Part shown: piece by piece, positions 25,865 to 34,787 of the stretch
Position numbering within the stretch: the stretch's first letter is position 1
Layout of the letters: each line of letters begins with the position of its first letter
NCBI GenBank assembly: GCA_004377005.1
Contig: SOIV01000051.1
Span: 1-54,187 of the forward strand
DNA: 54,187 nucleotides
Direction: 5' to 3'
Origin: Candidatus Aminicenantes bacterium
Lineage (GTDB): Bacteria > Acidobacteriota > Aminicenantia > Aminicenantales > Aminicenantaceae
Program-made: the position numbers and the translations under genes
The notes under the pieces: generated by a model
Told to the model about the DNA's origin: nothing
What the model saw: the letters and a program-made list of their open reading frames with translations, nothing else
Databases searched by the model: none

Positions 25865-27203
25865 AAAGAGCGTTCTCGATATGCTCAACGTAGTCTTTAA
25901 AAAGGAAGGCTACAGAGTAAAGAAATCCCTTTCTGCCCAAAAAGCCCTTGAATTGATAGAGGAAGAAGACTTTGACCTTATCCTCTCCGATATAAGGCTC
26001 CCCCAGATAAGCGGAATGGAGCTTCTCCGGAAGGTCAAGGAGAAAAAGCCCGGGATTCCTGTCATCATGATAACAGCTTACGGGACGATCAAGCAGGCAG
26101 TGGAGGCTCTTAAAGCAGGGGCCATAGATTATGTGGTGAAGCCTTTTGACGTGGAAGAGCTGAAAATCATTGTTTCTCAAGGACTGGAAAAGATAAAGCT
26201 TAAAGAAGAGAATATTCTTCTTAAAAAAGAACTCAAGGAGAAATATAGTTTCAAGAACATGGTGGGCAAGAGTAAGAAAATGAAGGAGATTTACAGCTTG
26301 ATTGAAAAGCTTGCAGCAACAGATTCCACTGTTCTTATAACTGGAGAAAGCGGTACGGGAAAAGAGATGGCTGCCAGAGCAGTTCATCTTCTCAGCCCGC
26401 GTTGGGATAATCCATTTGTCTCCCTAAACTGCGCAGCTCTTCCCGAAAATCTATTGGAGAGCGAGCTTTTTGGCCATGTGAAAGGGTCTTTTACAGGCGC
26501 AGTGGTTAATAAAAAAGGCATGTTCGAAGTGGCAGAGAAAGGAGTTTTATTTTTAGACGAGGTAGGAGAAATGTCTCCCTGGACTCAGGTGAAGCTCCTT
26601 GGGGCTATCCAGGATAAGAAAGTAAGAAGAGTGGGGGGGACCGAGGAAATTCCGGTTGATGTCCGGATCATCGCCGCTACCAATCAAAATTTAAAGAAGA
26701 AAATCGAGGAAGAGAAATTCAGGGAAGACCTCTTTTACCGCCTGAATGTCATTTCTTTTGAAATGCCCCCTTTAAGAGAGAAAAAAGAAGACCTGCCGCT
26801 CCTTGTCTCTCATTTCCTCAAGAAATACTGCCAGAAGATGGGAAAAAAGATGAAAAGAATTGTTCCCGAAGTGATGAATATCTTCGAATCCTACCCTTGG
26901 CCAGGGAATGTCAGGGAGCTCGAGAACCTGATAGAAAGAATCGTCGCCATCGAGGACAGGGAGACAATAACAGAAGATAGCCTTCCTGAGGAACTTTTAA
27001 AACCACATAAAAAGCCGGAAACCAACCTCCTTTTTCAGCAGGGTTTTAACCTCAATTCACATCTTGATGAAATTGCCCAAAATTATATCAAAGAGGCTCG
27101 CCAGGCTGCGAACGGTAACCTCAAGGAAACAGCTTCTCTCCTTGACGTCAGCTACCGCACATTGAGGTACCTCATCGATAAATACGGCTTAAAATCTTCC
27201 TGA
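25836..27203 (+). CDS. pilR: Sigma54-dependent response regulator, PilR-like
   Basis: Receiver domain, GESGTGKE, ELFGHVKGSFTGA, WPGNVREL and C-terminal HTH. Confidence 0.9.
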   Translation: MEKILIIDDEKSVLDMLNVVFKKEGYRVKKSLSAQKALELIEEEDFDLILSDIRLPQISGMELLRKVKEKKPGIPVIMITAYGTIKQAVEALKAGAIDYVVKPFDVEELKIIVSQGLEKIKLKEENILLKKELKEKYSFKNMVGKSKKMKEIYSLIEKLAATDSTVLITGESGTGKEMAARAVHLLSPRWDNPFVSLNCAALPENLLESELFGHVKGSFTGAVVNKKGMFEVAEKGVLFLDEVGEMSPWTQVKLLGAIQDKKVRRVGGTEEIPVDVRIIAATNQNLKKKIEEEKFREDLFYRLNVISFEMPPLREKKEDLPLLVSHFLKKYCQKMGKKMKRIVPEVMNIFESYPWPGNVRELENLIERIVAIEDRETITEDSLPEELLKPHKKPETNLLFQQGFNLNSHLDEIAQNYIKEARQAANGNLKETASLLDVSYRTLRYLIDKYGLKSS

Positions 27204-27256
27204 AAAACTCCATAAGAAGGAAAATTAAAGGAGATAATAGAATTTTGCCTGATAAG

Positions 27257-27379
27257 TGACATATTTTGTCAAAAGAGAGACAAAAGATGTCATTTTGGAG
27301 CCGAAAAATTGAGATTTTAAAATATAATCTTTTTATTTTCAATAAGTTAATATTTTTTTAATTTGGCACAGAAATTGCT
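27257..27379 (+). promoter_or_regulatory. Sigma54 promoter of the pilin gene with upstream activator sites and an IHF-like site
   Basis: TGGCAC-AGAAA-TTGCT at 27364-27379. TGACATATTTTGTCA (27257) and GACAAAAGATGTC (27279). TTTCAATAAGTTA (27337). Confidence 0.85.
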
Positions 27380-27466
27380 AAATAAAGATTGCACATTAAA
27401 TAATGTCAAATTTAACATTTTCTGGTGGACTAGAACAATAAAGTCGCCAGAGCCAAGGAGGTTTTA

Positions 27467-28003
27467 ATGTTAAAAAAAGTAAGAGGTTTTACACTGATTG
27501 AGCTGCTTATCGTTGTGGCTATTATCGGAATTCTTGCCGCCCTTCTCATCCCCAACGCCATAACCGCCATTCAGAAAGCGAAGCAAAAAAGCACCATGAA
27601 GGATGTCGTCGTCATTTCCACAGCCATTGCAGATTATGTCACTGATAACGGAGTAGCTCCTACTCAGACAGCTGGTACTTATTCAGGCGGCGACGAGTTC
27701 TATCTTTCACTTTCTCCCTTCTACCTCAAAGTCATGCCTGTTACCGATCAGTGGGGTAATGGTTTCTATATCTATTGCAATGTTGCTGTAAATGGAAATT
27801 ATGGAATCAGTGGGGCTCTTGGAGATGATTTCTTGGTTTCTTCCTGGGGACGTGACAAGATACTGGAAAGTTTTACTTTCGATCCTAGTTCACCTGAAGT
27901 TGGAATGTATGTGGTAAGTACAGGAGCACATTTCAACAATGATTTAGTTATGTGGAATGGTTCCTGGATTCGTGCTCCAAGGACTGCTGCAGCCGGTACC
28001 TAA
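27467..28003 (+). CDS. pilA: Major type IV pilin (GspG-like C-terminal motifs)
   Basis: Class III signal RG|FTLIELLIVVAIIGILAA, motifs DQWGN and SWGRD, sigma54 promoter and strong terminator. Confidence 0.85.
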   Translation: MLKKVRGFTLIELLIVVAIIGILAALLIPNAITAIQKAKQKSTMKDVVVISTAIADYVTDNGVAPTQTAGTYSGGDEFYLSLSPFYLKVMPVTDQWGNGFYIYCNVAVNGNYGISGALGDDFLVSSWGRDKILESFTFDPSSPEVGMYVVSTGAHFNNDLVMWNGSWIRAPRTAAAGT

Positions 28004-28041
28004 TTTCAAGCTAGCACTCGCTAAAGTACTTTCCAAACTTG

Positions 28042-28083
28042 GAAGAGGGCGATACATCAAGCAGTGTATCGCCCTCTTCTTTT
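28042..28083 (+). terminator. Intrinsic terminator after pilA
   Basis: GAAGAGGGCGATACA-N8-TGTATCGCCCTCTTC-TTTT. Confidence 0.85.
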
Positions 28084-28098
28084 ATCTAGTAACTAAAT

Positions 28099-28283
28099 GT
28101 AAGATAAACGCAATGTATATTTTTGCAATATCATTGCGAGCCCTGAAAGGGCGTGGCAATCCCATACAATAAATTGTCATTGCGAGTGACCGAAGGGAGC
28201 GTGACAATCTCATCCTATAAAGACGAGATCGCCACTTAGCTTCGCTCCTCGCGATGACAGTGGAATAATTGCGTTTGTATTAG
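28099..28283. mobile_element. MITE with RPE-like internal palindromes (copy 1)
   Basis: Termini GTAAGATAAACGCAAT and ATTGCGTTTGTATTAG, flanking duplication TAACTAAAT, internal TCATTGCGAG...CAATC repeats. Confidence 0.75.
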
Positions 28284-28337
28284 TAACTAAATATAGTATA
28301 ATTTTATCTCTGGAGTTGCTCTAAAAAGAGAATTCAA

Positions 28338-28895
28338 ATGTTGAAAAAAGCAAGGGGTTTTACATTGATTGAATTGCTCATCGTTGTTGCTATCGTCGGT
28401 ATCCTCTCGGCGCTTGTCATCCCCAATGCCGTAGTTGCCATACAGAAAGCCAAGCAAAAAGAAACTATGAAGCAAATCGTCCACATCGCCACTGCCTGTG
28501 CAGATTATGTAAGCAGCATGGGATATGCTCCTGATTATGGAAATCAATCAGGTCCGCTTCAAGCTGGCAGCAACTTCGTGACTTCTATTTCTCCATTCTT
28601 TTTAAAAGTTTGCCCTATAAATGATCAATGGGGGAATCCTTTTCGAGTTTATACAGGCACAGCCATAGCCTCGGTTTACGATATTCCAGCAGAAGATGTA
28701 TATGATGATGACTTTTTAATTGTTTCCTTAGGACGTGACCGCGCAGATGGCGGTGCTGTAAATTTTACCTATCGGCCAGAAAACCTTGCATTAGGCCTTT
28801 ATCAGATCAATTCTGTGGCGGATTTCAATAATGATTTGATCAATTTGGATGGATCTTGGCTTCATGCTCCACGAATAATGTTAAGTGGTTCATGA
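28338..28895 (+). CDS. Second pilin paralog
   Basis: RG|FTLIELLIVVAIVGIL, with DQWGN, SLGRD and FNNDL..GSW..APR shared with pilA. Confidence 0.85.
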   Translation: MLKKARGFTLIELLIVVAIVGILSALVIPNAVVAIQKAKQKETMKQIVHIATACADYVSSMGYAPDYGNQSGPLQAGSNFVTSISPFFLKVCPINDQWGNPFRVYTGTAIASVYDIPAEDVYDDDFLIVSLGRDRADGGAVNFTYRPENLALGLYQINSVADFNNDLINLDGSWLHAPRIMLSGS

Positions 28896-28921
28896 TTTAA
28901 ATAATTTTTTAGCTATGCAGT

Positions 28922-28953
28922 GCGGTACATTACCTAATGTGTCGCTTTTTTTT
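28922..28953 (+). terminator. Intrinsic terminator
   Basis: GCGGTACATTA-CC-TAATGTGTCGC with G-U pairs, followed by T8. Confidence 0.55.
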
Positions 28954-29026
28954 CGCCCTTCCATACTTGACTGATCCCCGCTCTCCTTTTATTCAAGGAC
29001 TTATGTTATAATCTCAGCAACAAGGA

Positions 29027-29722
29027 ATGCGAACAATTGTCCTTTTGATTATTTATACTCTTCTGACGATTCTTCTCATTCCCCTTCTTCTTTTCTGCTA
29101 CCCGATAAAGTTTGCTCAGCCTATTATCTTGATCGCCAAGTGGGCTTTTTGGATCGGGCAGAAAATATTGGGGATTCGCCTTGATGCTTCCGGAATCGAG
29201 AGAATAGATAAAAAAGTGCCCTATGTTTTTATGGCTAACCATCTGAGTTTAATCGACGGGCCTTTGCTTTTTATGCTCATTCCTCAATTTGTTAGAGTTC
29301 TCCTGAAAAAAGAAGCTTTCAGGATTCCTATTATCGGCCAGGCTATGAGGCAGGTGGGTTTTGTTTCTGTTGATAGAAAAAGTTTAAAGGGAGGAAAAAA
29401 GAGCATAGATCGAGCCACTCGCATGATAAAAGAGAAGGGCATTTCCTTCCTGATATTTCCCGAAGGCACAAGGAGTCGAGACGGGAAACTTCAGCCATTC
29501 AAGCGGGGAGGATTATTCCTGGCGGTCAACAGCCAGGTCCCCATATTTCCTGTGAGCATAAAGGGAAGCTACGCACTCCTGCCCAAGGGTTCTTTTTTTG
29601 CAAAAAAAGGAAAAGTGGACGTGATATTTCATCCGCCCGTTTCTGTTCAGGGATTTGACAGGAACAACCTCTCCCAGCTTATGGGTAAAGTCAGAAGCGT
29701 CATACAGAGTGGATTAGATTGA
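29027..29722 (+). CDS. plsC: 1-acyl-sn-glycerol-3-phosphate acyltransferase
   Basis: Motifs ANHLSLID, FPEGTRS, PFKRG. Confidence 0.9.
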   Translation: MRTIVLLIIYTLLTILLIPLLLFCYPIKFAQPIILIAKWAFWIGQKILGIRLDASGIERIDKKVPYVFMANHLSLIDGPLLFMLIPQFVRVLLKKEAFRIPIIGQAMRQVGFVSVDRKSLKGGKKSIDRATRMIKEKGISFLIFPEGTRSRDGKLQPFKRGGLFLAVNSQVPIFPVSIKGSYALLPKGSFFAKKGKVDVIFHPPVSVQGFDRNNLSQLMGKVRSVIQSGLD

Positions 29723-29760
29723 AAATTTTCAAGAAACTTTATTATTAGCCAGGAGGGAAG

Positions 29761-30321
29761 ATGGATTATCAAAATGTTATCGAGGAATGGAGACAAATTG
29801 CAGAAGATTTTTTTGCAGCCAGGGGTGATCTTTTCGAAAAAGTTGTGAGCCTCTCGGTCGAAAAGCTAAGAGCCGGCCATAAGATTCTGATTTTTGGTAA
29901 CGGCGGAAGCGCTGCCCAAGCTCAACATTTTGCTGCAGAGCTTGTGAATAAATTTCTAAAGGAAAGGGCTCCTATTCGAGCGATATCCTTAACCACAGAC
30001 ACTTCTTCCCTCACGTCTATCGCCAATGATATATCCTACGACTATGTCTTCAGCCGCCAGATAGAAGCCCTTGGGGATAAAGAGGATGTTGCCCTGGGCC
30101 TTTCCACAAGCGGAAACTCACCCAACGTAATGGAAGCCATGAAAGTTGCTAAAGAGAGAGGATTGTTCACCGTAGCCTTCACCGGAAAGGGAGGAGGAAA
30201 GCTCAGCTCTCTCGTTGATTATCTCCTTGATGTGTCTTCAGAGAGCACTCCCAGGATTCAGGAGGTTCATCTTCTCCTCCTTCATCTTTTAGCTGAGGAG
30301 ATAGAAAAAAGGTTGGAATAA
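29761..30321 (+). CDS. gmhA: Phosphoheptose isomerase
   Basis: Motifs GNGGSAAQAQHFAAEL, STSGNS, RIQEVH. Confidence 0.92.
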   Translation: MDYQNVIEEWRQIAEDFFAARGDLFEKVVSLSVEKLRAGHKILIFGNGGSAAQAQHFAAELVNKFLKERAPIRAISLTTDTSSLTSIANDISYDYVFSRQIEALGDKEDVALGLSTSGNSPNVMEAMKVAKERGLFTVAFTGKGGGKLSSLVDYLLDVSSESTPRIQEVHLLLLHLLAEEIEKRLE

Positions 30322-30327
30322 AATTCT

Positions 30328-32160
30328 TTACCTTGACCGCCAGAACCTCTCCCTGCGCGGTCTGGATTTGGATTCCCTGAACGTGATGGGCTTCTCCTCC
30401 GCAGCCGGGCTTTCAAGTACAGGTGCCTTTTCTTTTTTTTCACTTTTATCGATGCGGAAGGATCGTTCTGCTGCATAAAGAATTTCTTCTCTGAGTCCTT
30501 CGGAGGAAACTTCCTCCGTAAACTTCCGTCTACCTGCCACTAAATCCTTTATATAGTTTTGAAGCTGCTCCTCAGAGTAGAAGTTGCGGAGGGCGTATTC
30601 ATCAAGACTCTTTCCTTCGCAGAGCCTTATTTCCTTGGTTCCGAGCAGTCCTTTCTCATAGTGGTTGGTTCCCCTTAAATCCCCCCTCTGGATTTGAGCC
30701 ATAAGATTGATGGGAACACGGCTCACCTTGCGCACCAATCTTTTTTTCGTTTGACCGTTTTCTTCATGAGTTTCGATAATCTCTCCAAGCCCCCCTGTGT
30801 TGTACTGCATGAATTTGAGTTTTCCCGGGTAGTTGCTGGCCAGGGTCATGATTATTTCATAGAAGCGGTTGATTTTTTTAGCTCTGGGCCCGACGATGAA
30901 AGGATCGGTTCCGACAATGCGCACTGATTCACCGGCTTTGAGGGGCTGGCTGGCAAAGCTGTGAGTGCTTTCTCCCCAGAGATAGGCAAGCACAGCTTGT
31001 TCCGGGGTCAACTCCTGGGCAAAACTCATGATCGTATTTCTTCGAGTGATGAAAGCAAAGACAAGCCCGTCAAGTTCTTCCAGAGGAGGGAGGTTGATAG
31101 ATTTAGAGTAGATGCCAACCGTTTTTCCCTTTATCTTGACCTTGAGTTTATCACGCCTCACAACTGCCCTTCCGTTCGCCGTAAGAGTTTCATCGAGAAA
31201 ATCGACTTCCCCATCGGCTTTGATCATGACGTTTTCAAACAGCGCAGATTTGTCGGTTAGAGCGTTATACATCGCTTCCTGGCTTTCTTGTTCAACATCT
31301 GTTTTCACAAAGAAGTTGTCTTCTGTCCCCAAGGCAGATCCGTCATTCTTCAAGAAAACAATATCATCCTGGGAAACTATAGTCTTTTCGCCTTTATCAT
31401 AATCAAGCCCGAGCTTGTGGCAGGACCAGGTGGATTTTCCCGTTGCTGTCAGGCCAAACAGAAATACTCCGTAGGTTTTGAGCTTATTGTTGGAATCTCT
31501 GACCGTAACCAGCTTTGTTCCGGCGTGAAGACCGAGCATACCCAGCTCATCAGCTGACCACATGGCCTGGCGGAGAAAACCTTTTTTGTCTTCTCCCATG
31601 TAATCAGTTCCCAGAGCGACATTAATTTTTTCTTCAGGAAGAACAAGAACTTGCTGCCGCAGAAGATGCTCTTCCGGAATATGAATCATGGTGAACTCAG
31701 GGCCAGGATGCTTTCCCGGTTTGAACATGGTGTGTCCCCACATAAATCCGATGCGGTAGTTCACAAGATCTGCTTCGGAAACATAAAGATTGCAGATGGG
31801 GTTGTAGGAATCATTTTCTCCCATCTGTCTCCGGATGTGGTAGAAGGGAAGAGTTCTCAGAAGATGGAGCACCTTATCCAGCTCTTCCGGCGCCCTGGAG
31901 ATGAGAGTTTGCTGTTCTGTTGTGGGAGAAGAAAGGCGGACTGCTTCACTCCCTAAGTAAACAGTTTTCGGAGCAATCCGGCTTGATATGGCTGCCCGCC
32001 AGCCGTAGGATCCGAACTTTGTTTTCACTCCCGATGCTTTGGCTTTTGGCTCGAGCCATTTGAGGTCTACAGCTCTGATGTTCGGTCCCTTTAAGACTCG
32101 AGAGAGCTCCTCCTTGAATTTATTGTAGGCTTCCTGGTTGTGAATTCCTTTGTTATTCAT
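30328..32160 (-). CDS. pckA: Divergent phosphoenolpyruvate carboxykinase (ATP)-like protein
   Basis: Motifs YMGEDKKG, GLHAG, P-loop FGLTATGKST, QDD, ENV, NGR, NTG. Confidence 0.7.
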   Translation of the reverse strand: MNNKGIHNQEAYNKFKEELSRVLKGPNIRAVDLKWLEPKAKASGVKTKFGSYGWRAAISSRIAPKTVYLGSEAVRLSSPTTEQQTLISRAPEELDKVLHLLRTLPFYHIRRQMGENDSYNPICNLYVSEADLVNYRIGFMWGHTMFKPGKHPGPEFTMIHIPEEHLLRQQVLVLPEEKINVALGTDYMGEDKKGFLRQAMWSADELGMLGLHAGTKLVTVRDSNNKLKTYGVFLFGLTATGKSTWSCHKLGLDYDKGEKTIVSQDDIVFLKNDGSALGTEDNFFVKTDVEQESQEAMYNALTDKSALFENVMIKADGEVDFLDETLTANGRAVVRRDKLKVKIKGKTVGIYSKSINLPPLEELDGLVFAFITRRNTIMSFAQELTPEQAVLAYLWGESTHSFASQPLKAGESVRIVGTDPFIVGPRAKKINRFYEIIMTLASNYPGKLKFMQYNTGGLGEIIETHEENGQTKKRLVRKVSRVPINLMAQIQRGDLRGTNHYEKGLLGTKEIRLCEGKSLDEYALRNFYSEEQLQNYIKDLVAGRRKFTEEVSSEGLREEILYAAERSFRIDKSEKKEKAPVLESPAAEEKPITFRESKSRPRRERFWRSR

Positions 32161-32182
32161 CGGAATTATGCATTTTCTTTTA

Positions 32183-32407
32183 TTAATATAAACGCAATAT
32201 ATATTTTTACAACGTCATTGCGAACGCAGCGTGGCAAATCGTCGTTGCGAGCGCAGCGTGGCAATCTCAAGCAATAAATTGTCATTGCGAGGAGCGTAGC
32301 GACGCGGCAATCTCAACCTTTTTTATGCTGCACAGCCTGTTCCGAGCAAAGCGAAGGAATCTTCTTCGCTCCTCGCGATGACACTGGAATAATTGCGTTT
32401 GTATTAG
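32183..32407. mobile_element. MITE with RPE-like palindromes (copy 2)
   Basis: TTAATATAAACGCAAT...CTTCGCTCCTCGCGATGACACTGGAATAATTGCGTTTGTATTAG, homologous to 28099-28283. Confidence 0.75.
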
Positions 32408-32408
32408 A

Positions 32409-34760
32409 TTATTCTGTTTTTGGCTCATCTGTCACAATTTTTTTGAGGTCATCTACTGAAGCCTTTCCGCTGTTAAAGAGGTAACAGGAACTGCTCTCGA
32501 GAAGACGCTCGAAAAAATTCCTCTGAAGTTCCATCTTTTCAGGGGTTGTGAGCAAAAGATGGGGATTGAAAAAAGGCTGGCTTTTAGAGGGACTGAGACC
32601 GCGCGTTAGTCCCAGGCTCTGTCCGGATTCGAGAATGCGCAGGGCATCCTCAACCTGGACTTCCACTACTGGGGGAGAGACAGTATCATAGCGGAGGATG
32701 AATACCCAGCGGAGAGAAGTTCTCTTAACGTGCATTGCCGGTCCCTCGATCCAATAAGGATCAAGAAGAGCATGGGAATCTTTGGAGGCTTTATAGCAAT
32801 AGGGGGAGCCGCGGTCAAGACGGCAGTCGTCAATGCGAAGGCATTCTGCATCCTGGCAGTCTTCCTTGAGCGTAATTACGTTTTCACATTTACTTGAGTC
32901 GAAAAGAGGAGCTAAGCGAGGATAGGATTCAACCGTGTTTGTCGGGAAAAAAAGCTTTCTTTCGACAGAATCAGCCAGGGCTGGGCCTCCTGCCAAGCGG
33001 ACGAAGATGATGTCGTTGGAGTGCAAGCGCAATCTTTTATCTTGAAGAAGAGCGAAGAAAAGTTCAGTCTTTTTTGTTCCTTTTGGCCCGATCAGGACGA
33101 GACCGCTTCCGTCAATTTCAGCCGACATTCCCCGGATAGTGTGGACATTAAAGAGCTTTTCGGAGACGTCCATGACAAGACCGAGAGCCAGACTGCGCAG
33201 AGAAACGTAATTGTCTGTGTTGACGAGCACGCCTGTGTTTGTTTCTGAGTTATAGAAAGAGTGCGGTTCGCGTCCTGTTATTCCGTCGACAGCGTATATG
33301 ATGCCGTGGGGTTCCAGGTCTGCTTCAAGTTGAGCCGGGTACCAGTTTTCGATCCAGAAATCATTGAGATGGGAGACATTCGTGCGCAGCTGAACAATGA
33401 CGCCGTTGATGTTGGCGTTCCATTCATAATAGTTTTCGTAGCTGAGATGGCTTTCCATTTCAGCGATCAGAGCATCCTTCATTTTGACAGGGATTGAGGA
33501 ATCTACGGGCACTGATTTTTTTCTTCGTGTTATCGTATTGTCTAAAGATATGCGCTTGATTTTTTTGGCTGTTTTAAGGTTTGAGAGGGCCTGTGTGATC
33601 CTGTCCATACCTTTTTCCAGGTTTTCCATGGAAGTTGCGTATGAAATACGGATATAATCATCGGCACCAAAGGAATCTCCTGGAACTATAGCTACTAAAG
33701 CCTCTTTTAGAAGATAATAAGCCATGCCGTAAGAGTTTCGAATCTGGACATTGTTGAATTCTTTATCATAATAAGAGGAGAGATTCGGAAAAAGATAGAA
33801 TGCTCCCTGTGGTTTGAAACAGGAGAGATGAGGGATTCTCTGAAGCCTCATCAAGAGATAATTTCTCCGTCTCTGAAACTCAGATGTCATTTTGGAAACT
33901 TCATGCTGGGGACCGGTCAAGGCTTCTAAACTCGCCTTTTGAGAGATCGAGCAGGCATTGGAGGTGGTGTGGCTCTGGATTTTGGCCATGCCATTGATTA
34001 TTTCTGCAGGGCCGGCTGCATATCCTATTCGCCATCCAGTCATGGAGTAAGATTTTGAGACTCCGTTGACGATAGCTGTTTTCTTTTTTATTTCCTCTCC
34101 CAGGGAAGCGAAGCTAACAAAACGAAAGTCATCATAGACGATTTTTTCATAGATTTCATCAGTGATAACGAAGATATCTTCTTCCATAACTACGTCCGCC
34201 AAGGCTTCAAGGTCGCGTTTTTCGTAGGCTGCTCCTGTGGGATTGGAGGGATTGTTCAGTATCAAAGCCTTGGTGGCAGGGGAGATGGCAGACTTTAGCT
34301 GATCTGGCGTCAGAAGAAATCCGTCTTCCTCCTTGGTAGGGATTATTACAACTTTGCCTTTAGCGAGTGAGACTGAATGGGGATAGGTTACCCAGTAGGG
34401 AGCCGGGATGATGACTTCTTGGCCTTCATCAATCAGCGCTTGAACGAGATGGTAAAGCGAGCTCTTTGCTCCTGAGGAGACGATGATTTCATCCATAGCA
34501 TATGTGAGGCCAAAATCTTGTTTCATGCGGTTTATGATCGCTTCTTTCAGCGCTGGAATTCCGTCGTTTGCCGTATACTTGGTAAAATTTTGCTCAATGG
34601 CCTGGATTCCAGCCGCTTTTACATTATCAGGAGTGGAAAAGTCTGGCTCTCCCACACTGAGGTCAACAACGTCTATTCCCTCGGCTTTCATTGCCTTGGC
34701 TTTGGCTGATATTTTAAGAGTGGGAGATATGCCGATTTGACTAGCTTTTTCTGATATCAT
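32409..34760 (-). CDS. Class I (aspartate) aminotransferase fused to a C-terminal PEPCK/HPr-kinase-like P-loop domain
   Basis: aa 1-395: VGEPDF, NNPSNPTG, DEIY, SKSYSMTGWRIG. aa ~400-783: LIGPKGTKKT, HSND, FFNPHLL, YLFNSG. Confidence 0.75.
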   Translation of the reverse strand: MISEKASQIGISPTLKISAKAKAMKAEGIDVVDLSVGEPDFSTPDNVKAAGIQAIEQNFTKYTANDGIPALKEAIINRMKQDFGLTYAMDEIIVSSGAKSSLYHLVQALIDEGQEVIIPAPYWVTYPHSVSLAKGKVVIIPTKEEDGFLLTPDQLKSAISPATKALILNNPSNPTGAAYEKRDLEALADVVMEEDIFVITDEIYEKIVYDDFRFVSFASLGEEIKKKTAIVNGVSKSYSMTGWRIGYAAGPAEIINGMAKIQSHTTSNACSISQKASLEALTGPQHEVSKMTSEFQRRRNYLLMRLQRIPHLSCFKPQGAFYLFPNLSSYYDKEFNNVQIRNSYGMAYYLLKEALVAIVPGDSFGADDYIRISYATSMENLEKGMDRITQALSNLKTAKKIKRISLDNTITRRKKSVPVDSSIPVKMKDALIAEMESHLSYENYYEWNANINGVIVQLRTNVSHLNDFWIENWYPAQLEADLEPHGIIYAVDGITGREPHSFYNSETNTGVLVNTDNYVSLRSLALGLVMDVSEKLFNVHTIRGMSAEIDGSGLVLIGPKGTKKTELFFALLQDKRLRLHSNDIIFVRLAGGPALADSVERKLFFPTNTVESYPRLAPLFDSSKCENVITLKEDCQDAECLRIDDCRLDRGSPYCYKASKDSHALLDPYWIEGPAMHVKRTSLRWVFILRYDTVSPPVVEVQVEDALRILESGQSLGLTRGLSPSKSQPFFNPHLLLTTPEKMELQRNFFERLLESSSCYLFNSGKASVDDLKKIVTDEPKTE

Positions 34761-34787
34761 GACTGACCTACTTTTCCTGGGGAATGA

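Noticed and set aside
25770-26387. 205-aa antisense ORF and other short shadow ORFs
   Set aside because: They lie opposite or inside well-supported genes and have no motifs.
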